This document shows positions 54,637-64,000 of a DNA stretch of 64,000 nt, piece after piece. The stretch is from the human T2T-CHM13v2.0 reference genome, Homo sapiens: the NCBI RefSeq assembly GCF_009914755.1, contig NC_060925.1; one strand, given 5' to 3'. A program made the translations under genes and the position numbers. The notes beneath the pieces were generated by a model that saw only the letters and a program-made list of their open reading frames with translations, ran no database searches and was not told the DNA's origin. Numbering within the stretch: the first letter of the stretch is position 1; each line of letters opens with the position of its first letter.

Positions 54637-55393
54637 TGAAACCACCTTTGTAAACTTATGATGGAGACACTGAAAGAGATCAGACCTAACTGACTCCATC
54701 TTGTTTCTAACCTCCAAGCTGTCCTTGTTCATTCTTGGGTGTAGGCTGAACTAACTTTGGGAGGAACTTAGTTTATAGTTTAAAACAAAGATGATAGCCC
54801 TCTCCCAAAACAAACCTCCTTCTTGCCTGGGGACTAAACTGCCTTTGTAGGACTAAGAAATTAGCCACAAGATTAGAAACTATGGTTTAGGAGTCATGCA
54901 GCTGGAGGGTACAAGATTCTGACCCCTCCCTAAACTGCTCCTAAGGTCCGTGGTTGAGATGTTTTGCAGACTCTGCACTTGATGGATCAGCTGGCACCAC
55001 CCAAATTGATAAACTGGCTCATCTGATCTTGTGGCCCCACCCAGGAACTGACTCGGCACAAGAAGGCAACTTCGACTCCCTATCAGGACACAGGATTTCA
55101 TCTCTCACCAATCAGCACTCCTGGCTCACTAGCTTCTCCCCAACCATTTCATCTCTGACCAGTCAGCACTCCTGGCTCACTAGCTTTCCCCTGACCACTA
55201 AGTTGTCCTTAAAACTCTGATCCCCAAATGCTCAGGGAGACCAATTTGAGTAATAATAAAACTTGGTCTGCTGCACTTGGTCTGCTGCACAGCGGGCTCG
55301 GGGTGAATTACTCTTTCTCTATTGCAATTCCTGCATCTTGATAAATCAGCTCTGTCTAGGCAGCTGGCAGGGTGAACCCATTGGGCAGTGACA
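54637..55393 (+). mobile_element. LTR8-like ERV1 solo LTR
   Basis: tgaaaccacctttg ... ggtgaacccattgggcagtgaca; 4-bp TSD catt on both sides. Confidence 0.88.
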
Positions 55394-56369
55394 CATTCTT
55401 TTGTTATTAATTTCTTGAGAGGTAATTAAAATTCAAAGGTATTTTCTTTGCCTCAGTGTCCTCCTATAGAATATGGGGAAAATACTGAACTCTACTTCCT
55501 GAGGCTGTTGCGTGTGGTTGCAGCTATGCCAGGTAACAAGTTAAGTGCTCAGTAAAGGCAAGTCATTACCTTTATAGAACAATACTGATCTGCTTAACAG
55601 ACAAGCTACCGACACAAATCAGCCCCTAGCAGCAATGTCATCTTCCACATGTTGTTCGTGTCCCACCTGCCAAATGGTGCCTAGTTTTCCAGGTTCCCAG
55701 GCAATGTGCCATGTTTTTCCTGTCTTAGGGAACCACCAATGAGACTGGTATTCTGTTTGGAAAGATTACCTGTTTCTGCATTTGTCAATATAAGTATAGA
55801 GAATTGCTAAATAGGGGGGATGATGTGAGGACCCTACTGAAGGGACTTTGGTTCGGATGCAACTTTCCTCACCCTATCAAATTTGCACAACCAAATTGCA
55901 ATGGTAACAAATGAGTGCAATTATACCTACCTGCTGAGTGCAGCCCCCCATACAAAATACAGGATGGTCGATGAAGACTATTCACACCTATTCCCTCCTG
56001 TGGTCTGGTTGGCCATGGGCCCTGCCTGCTTGGAAGTGCTTATTTCAAGATGCATCCCCATCTATGCTGAAGAAAGAGGCACCACCAGCCACAGCCAGCA
56101 CCTCTGGCTTTGCGTCTTCTGTGCAAGGCCAGCACCTGCTTCTACAGCAGTGCCCTTGAGGTCCTTTTCCTTGGCCCTTGCTGTTGGAACTCAGCTGCCT
56201 CGTCCTTTTAACTCCACCCATCAGGTGACTCTCACCATCTTTGCTGAAGTTACAGATATTTGCTGGAATATTTATTTATTTAAGAGTAATTTAAAATATC
56301 ATTTCAGTGATGTAAGTGATATTTAGGTTTTTGGGTTTTTGGTTTTCTGGATGGTCTGTGGTTTTTTAA

Positions 56370-56676
56370 TTTTTTATTTTTTATATTATTATTTTTGAGA
56401 CAGAGTCTCAATCTGTCACCCAGGCTGGAGTACAGTGGTACAGTCTTGGCTCACTGCAACCTCCATCTCCTGAGTTAAAGTGATTCTCCTGCATCAGCCC
56501 CCCAAGTAACTGGAATTACAGGTGTCCACCATGATGCCTGGCTAATTTTTGTATTTTTAGTAGAGATGAGGTTTCACCATGTTGACCAGGCTGGTCTTGA
56601 ACTCCTGACCTCAGGTGATCTGCCCACCTCAGCCTCCCAAAGTGCTGGGATTACAGGCGTGAGCCACTGTGCCCAG
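56370..56676 (-). mobile_element. AluS
   Basis: Minus-strand Alu; TSD ctggatggtctg at 56347-56358 and 56678-56689. Confidence 0.93.
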
Positions 56677-56819
56677 GCTGGATGGTCTGGTTTTGAATTA
56701 TTCACCCTGGCTGCAATTGTGCCCATCAGATACGTTTTGTTTTTGTTTGCTTGTGCATTTATTTTTCCCCTCATAATTTTTCAGAATTCAAGCTTTTGAA
56801 AATATATATGCAGTGGTTT

Positions 56820-57230
56820 TGTAGCTTGGAGTATTTATTCAAAATACTTTCTTCTACCCCTGTGTACTAGGTCTACTGCTCGGGTCCTCCTCTAACCCCC
56901 TTTGTATGAGATGAAATGAGAATATTTCCCCTCTATTGCTGCTGGGCTTGACCATGTGACTTGCTTTAGCCAATGAAACGTGAGAGGAAATGATGTAAAC
57001 CACAGCCAGGTAGAAACTCCTGGATTCTCTGCCCTTCCTCTTCTTACTGAGAAGTGAAGTCTAGATCAGGGAAGCTGCTTCAGCTTGGATAGGAAAGGAC
57101 ATGGAGAAAAGCTGAAGTCAACCCACCAAGCAGTCATGTAATGTGAGTGAGAAGTAGCCTATTATGTTCATAAGCCATTGAGATTTAGGGGTTGTTTGTT
57201 ACCAGGACGTAATGGATGAAAGCTGACTGG
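56820..57230 (+). mobile_element. Old MLT1 (J-like) LTR
   Basis: accatgtgacttgctttagccaatgaaa; taagccattgagatttaggggttgtttgttac. Confidence 0.75.
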
Positions 57231-57387
57231 TGCACCTGTGTCATCGGGAATATCTGCAATTACTCAGTCCCAGGGCAACTAACTTCAGGGCTCCTTGGCA
57301 TGGAGCAGGCCCCTTTCTACAATTCAGTTCATAATAGCCACTTTCTGCCTTGACCCTTGAAATATCTTGCTTGATCATCCAGTCCTA

Positions 57388-57816
<429 letters not shown>

Positions 57817-58724
57817 TTATAAATCTTTATTGGGTTAACTCACCGTGATTGACTGATTGATTGATTGATCTGTGTTGTTGTTACTGTAGACTAGCATAGC
57901 CCACCCTGACTTATAGAGATATATACATCTGTTACTCCAGGTAAAAAATACGGACCCAGACGGAACAATGAAATGGAATAATAATGGAAATGGAAATAAT
58001 GTAAATGGAATAATATAAATAATATAATGTATTATAATATAAATAATAATAATATATTCAATAATATAAATGGAAATCAAAGCCATGAGAGCAAATGGAA
58101 TTCTCTATCCAAGTATCCAAGGAGCATTGGCCCAGCAGTGAGGGGAAGATGCTGTTTTGAATAGGAGCAAGTTCAAGTGCCAAGTTCAGCAAGGCTGAGG
58201 ATTGAGCACCAGTTTCTGCTCTATCAGTGTTCTGGCAAGTGCAGTGTCAGAGGGGAGACAAGAGAAACAGCCAGCTCTCAGAGGGTTCAGCTGTGCTTGG
58301 GAGGCTGAGAAGCCAGAGTGAAGGCAACCCTTAGAACACAAGTGATGACAAATGGCAGACACGGTAGAAGCTGGAGAAAAATGTAGAAACAAAGGAATTC
58401 TATATAAGATTAAGCATTCTCACCTCATTTTAAAATGCTGATAAGAAGTTGCTTGGTTAAAAACACATAAGAGTTAGGCTAATTAGGGATTAAAATCCTT
58501 GAGAAGGTGTAATGAGAGAGAAATAAAAGGCAGAGAATGTGCAGAGGGATTAACTTTAGCCCAGGAAACAGTCTCTTCCTTCAATCAATTAAGAGAAGGA
58601 AACAAAGAGATAAGAGCATGTGGGTAGGGGGCTTGGGCTTGAAGAGTTGATGCTAGAAGGGAGAGCTCTCATACATTACTTCACATGCTCATTAGGTGTA
58701 TGTTCTGTGCCAGGAACTAGTGTG

Positions 58725-59055
58725 ATGGTGAGGTGGGAGGGTGGAGACACGAGGAAGGGGAGGTGGTTGTTGAGGGGATGGGAGGGTGGGGGCTCTAAGA
58801 GTGGGGAAGTTGAGGGAGTGGGGAAGTGGTTGTTGGGAGAAATGAGGGAGAAGTGTGGGGAGGTGGTTGTTGAGGGGGTGGGAGGGTGGGGGCTCTGATG
58901 GGGGAGGTGGTCGTTGGAGGGGAATGGGGAGATGAGGGTATAAGTTTAGGGAGATAGTTATCACAGGAGTGGGAGGCTGGCTATGAGAGTCAGGAGGTGG
59001 TTGTTGGGGAATATGGGAGAGGAGGATGGGGAGGTGATTGTTGAGGGGGTGGTGG
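58725..59055. repeat. G-rich degenerate minisatellite (ggggaggtggttgttgagggg...)
   Basis: The motif recurs about 6 times. Confidence 0.85.
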
Positions 59056-59625
59056 CAAGTGACTGGGGTTTTGCATGGGTCTCCCTGGTTCCCAGCTATT
59101 TCCCTGGGTTCAGATGAAATAACTGAATCAGTTACACAGTGCCACACTAAGCATAAGGCTCTAGGTCTCTAAAGCCCAACTAATTCCGAGGATTCAGAGG
59201 ACAGGAGCAGGAAGCAGGAGGCCCCCTGGCAGAATGACTCCTTCTCTGCAGCCTTCATCTATCAGGGACAGACCCCACCTGCGCACCTCCGTGCTCCCCC
59301 TCTCCTGCCCTCTCTCCAACCCCGTGGCTTCCGCCCCGCCCCATGCACTTGGCGTCAGTCACTTGGAACAGTGCTCTGAGCCGACTGGGCTCTGTTTGCG
59401 GAAACGATGGAGGAAGAACGGATGTGAACCCTCTGGACACATGAGTTACTCATGCTGAGGATACAGCCCTATGTGCGGGCAGCCACCTAAGATCACGCCC
59501 ACGGGTCCCCATGCATTCTCCTCCCACCTGCTTCCTACTTGATAAGGGTTGTTTAGGGTAAATATGTGCGATAAATGTATTGAAAAACAGGCAACTTCAA
59601 CTCCCTGGCTTTGTTTAGGATGGCT

Positions 59626-60326
59626 ATTACAGACTGAATGTCTGTGTCCCCACAAAATTCATATGTTGAAACCTCAACTCCTAATGTGATCGCATTTGGA
59701 GGTGGGGAGATAATTAGGTTTAGATGAGGCCATAAGAGTGGGGGCCTCATGATGGGATTAGTGTCCTTATAAGAAGAGACTCAGAGGCCAGGGGGAGTCG
59801 CTTATGCCTGTAATCCCAGCACTTTGGGAGGCCAAGGCCGGCAGATCACCTGTAGTCAGGAGTTCAAAACTAGCCTTGCCAACATGGCGAATGCCCGTCT
59901 CTACTAAAAATACAAAAATTAGCTGGCTGTGGTTATGCGTGCCTGTAGTCCCAGCTACTCGGGGAGGCTGAGGCAGGAGAATCACTTGAACTCTGCATTC
60001 CAGCCTGGGTGACAGAAAGAGACCCCATCTCAAAACAAAATAAAAACAGAAGAGACTCAGAGAGCTTGTTCTCATTTTCTCTCTCTCTCTCTCTCTCCCT
60101 CTCTCTCCTTCCCTCTCCTTCCCTCCCTCCCCCTCTCTCTCTCCACCTTGTGAGGACACAGCAAGAAGACAGTGTCTACAAGCCAGAAAGAGAGCTCTTA
60201 CCAGAACCTGACCATGCTGGCACACTGATCTTGGACTTCCAACCTTGAGAATTGTGAGAAAGAAATTTCTGTTGTTTCAACTGCCCAGTCAATGGTATTT
60301 TGTTATGGCAGCCCAAGCTGACTAAT
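59626..60326 (+). mobile_element. MLT1A-like LTR containing an AluS
   Basis: gactgaatgtctgtgtccccacaaaattcatatgttgaaacc ... ttgttatggcagcccaagctgactaa. Confidence 0.88.
59786..60047 (+). mobile_element. AluS with an internal right-arm deletion
   Basis: TSD agaagagactcaga at 59772-59785 and 60048-60061. Confidence 0.92.
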
Positions 60327-62945
60327 TGAATAGCTTATAATTTAAAAATAATAATCTTAAAGCAAGGGAACTAGTGGAGTTCTATTACATGTCTTTGTTA
60401 TTTTTCTTCTCCATGGTGGGCTTTGGCTGTGATGCTAGTAGTTTTATTTTTTCCTTTCATTCTATTTTTCTGTATCTGCAAATATTCTATCATAAGCATC
60501 CATTTTTTTAAATAAAAAGAAGTAAATGTTTTTATTTATGATTTTATAAGTTAGAAAGCAGATTTGTCTATACCAGGCATCTAGAATGAAATTACTTCTA
60601 AAATTGAGCACTAATTTTAGGGCTAAGTTTTTGGCAGTGAAGGCTAAAGGGAAGATTTTTATATTTCTTAGAAGTTGTTTGATCAAGGTATGCATAAAAA
60701 TGCTGCCAGAGAGAAACCTGGAGCCACCTTCCAGAAGGAATACACACAAATCCTGATATAGGAGACATAGGTTAACCTAACAGGTAATGTCTGAGTAGTG
60801 CTGTAGGCAAGAAATAAAAATATTTTTCATAGGCGTTTTCTTATATTTCCCTTCCATGGAAGTTGAGGAGGTAGTATTTTGTCATGCCTACATTTCTCAC
60901 AAATTATAAATGTGTTTATAGTCTAGAAGAAAAATGTTTTCTAATAGTCTAACTTTATCCATGGACAAGCTGTAAGGAACTAGAAGAATGAGCAGGTAAC
61001 ACAGACGATCTCTCTGAAAACATCAAAAGCCCCAGGTGAGTAATTTTTATAGAGAGGATGGTATATATATATATATTTCAGGCAGAAAGTCCTGGAAATT
61101 GGCTACGTAGGAAGCAGCCCTCAGTTCCAGACTCCATGTGAATGAAGCCAGACAGTAAGAGCCCTCAAGTCTTCTCCATCTGTTCCCCAGAGGCTGCTGA
61201 AAGGACCCAGGGAAGAGCTCATGACTGTGGTTTCATCCGTGTGGGGCCCACAGGCATGTTCACAGAGGATGCGGGTGCCTGGGGCCCAGGTGGGTATCTC
61301 CAGAACAGCTTCCGAAACACTAAGTTCCATATCCTGACATTGAAGGGACTGGCCAGGAACTGATCCTTCAGCAAGAGGGAATCCACATGGCTGGCCCTAG
61401 CAAATCTGTGTCCAAACCGTTTTGTTGAAAAAGATACACCACTTGGGGTTGGATGAAAATGATTTTCTAGGACCATCAGAGCTTGAAGATTTGTCAGTCA
61501 CTGAGGAGGATGCTCATTTCCCACTGGACCACAGCGGGGCAGCTTGTGTGAAGGCAGGTGTATTGGAGCTCATCTGAACTGGGTACCACATTCTAATTCT
61601 TCTTGATTAGCATCAGGGCTTCAGACAGGTCACTTCACCAGCATGTCCTTTAGCTTCCTTGGATGTAAAAATGCATTTCGTGATAATGAACCCAGTAGTT
61701 CATCTGTCTTTGCTATTGCAGGAGGAGACGATTCTATTGATAAGGGACACCTCGGGTGCTCACTTCCACTCTTGCAAAATGGCCCCAGTAGACCTCACTC
61801 TCATTTCCAAAGAAGAAGAGCAGGCTGATTCACTGCATAGGTTCAAAGGGGGTTGGTGACATTAACCAGTATTTGATTGATTAGTGAAAGATGAGGGCTG
61901 TTAGCAGGACAGCACTCTTCCCTGAGTCTGTGTTGGCCTGGGTGTCTACAGAATATTCAGCATTTAGGCTTAATCCGTAGGTGTGGTAGTGTGGTTGCAA
62001 GGGGCTCCAGATAGACTCCTAAAGCTATGAGAATTTTTGCTCCTCTGGGACCCACAGAGACACTTCCACAGAGGCCAGAGGCTCCACTCAACATCCATCC
62101 CCTAGGTCTGAGGGACACATGGTTACAGGATACCTCACGCCCCAGACAAATCTGTGTTTCCTCTCCAAAATAATAAAGAGGGTTGGAACGAGTTTCACTG
62201 AAGACTGAAAGTCTATTTCTCCTTCCCTTCTAGCCAGGGAGGTTAGGAGTAGGTGGCAAACTTTAAGAAAATGAGATGAGAAAGTGAGTTCTGTTTTGAC
62301 ATAACAGAGAAGAAAGATGTGCACAGAAAGAGATTGATCTCCTTGAGTAAACGGAGCCCAGAGCATTTTTCTCATAGGCCATATTCATTTACCAGTGCTT
62401 GAGAAAATCATTCCCTATCATTGTCCCCGCACCATAAGTCACATTCAGAATCTCCTTATCAAAACAAGATAAGGATCAGAAAAAAATGAGCTGGAGAGAA
62501 CACATGTTGCCTAAGTCTGGGAAGTCATAATCTTAATATGAACGGCTTAAATAGCCCAGCTAACGAGCAGGTTCACTCTTAATTTTCTAAAACAATGGCA
62601 GCTTTTGCCAGCTCTTTATCAAACCAAGATGGGACTTATCACAAGATGGTAAATGATTTCTCATCCATTATTTTATCAGTACCCCTGATTTATTTATTAC
62701 CCTCAAAGGCATATTACTCTTAAAGTTTCTAGACTTCCTCTAGGAGGTGGGAGGGTGAGGGTGGAGAGAAATCCCACTGGTGGACTTGATCAAGATTTCT
62801 TGCGTATGTTTCTTTTTTATTTCAGTACATGATTAATTCACCTGTTAATCTGTAAAAACTTCACCCTCCCCATCTCTGTCCCCACCCTCAGTGGCAAAGA
62901 ACTATTCCTGTCCTTGAAACATTCTCAATCGAGAAATGTTTTTGA

Positions 62946-63324
<379 letters not shown>

Positions 63325-64000
63325 TAATAATAATAAAACAGCAGAGATGAGGTAACACCGACAAGAATTAACTCTTCAACTCCTCGAGAAAGAAATCCTT
63401 TCTCCGTCTTTATCTACTGCCTTGAGTAGACTTGGAAAAGATGTCCACCATTTACTGACCTATGATTTCCCCAAATTCTAAAGATCAAGGCAAGAAAACC
63501 TGGCTGAAGTGGGATCTACCAGTAATTCACTGAGAGACTGAACATAAAATTAACGATTTGCTCCCTGGGTGAGTTCCTGCCTGTACAGCCGAGGGCACCA
63601 CAGCCCCTTCTTCTTGGGGCTTCCGATTCAAGGACATGACAAAAGGATCCGGATTGGCTGAATGTGATTCAGATGGAAAGGTACACAACAACATCTACAT
63701 CTACATGCAGTTGTTAAAATGTGGCTTGAATGAGACTCACCCTCATTCGTCCCTGTTTCCCCACCCTCCTCATTATTCACCTCCTGCATCTTCTTCTGTT
63801 GGGGGTGGTGTTTATGGCATTCCTCTATTGCCTGGAGAGTTGTCACAGCATTTTGATGAAGAATGGTTTGTTTTTCTGCAAAATCCTGAGTTTCATCCAA
63901 TTAACCTTTATCCTCTTTGTTATATTAATTTGAGCAGCCCTTGGCTATGACAAGAAAGAACCTCCCTTTTCCTCCATCAGCTCAACCCATCCTTCTCTTC

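Overview
This is primate (most likely human) non-coding, repeat-dense DNA. It contains many Alus, old and young L1 fragments, L2/MIR relics, ERV1 and MaLR LTRs, DNA-transposon relics, and one 5'-truncated HERV-H provirus (42841-47248) with an intact 3' LTR7. I can support no cellular protein-coding gene, RNA gene or CRISPR-type array. The ORF track is explained by repeats, low complexity or chance, apart from the decayed HERV-H gag/pro/pol. The most interesting signal is structural: at least six local templated-insertion scars. Five are 91-337 bp copies of sequence lying 0.9-4.8 kb away (one of them inverted), and one is a chain of fold-back hairpins. Several have snap-back hairpins at the junction and replace deleted sequence. 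One replaced the HERV-H 5' LTR and almost rebuilt the pre-insertion THE1 site. Another sits in an 800-bp AT block containing a perfect 100-bp palindrome. Repeat subfamily names come from my recall of consensus sequences, not a database search. Boundaries without TSD support are approximate.
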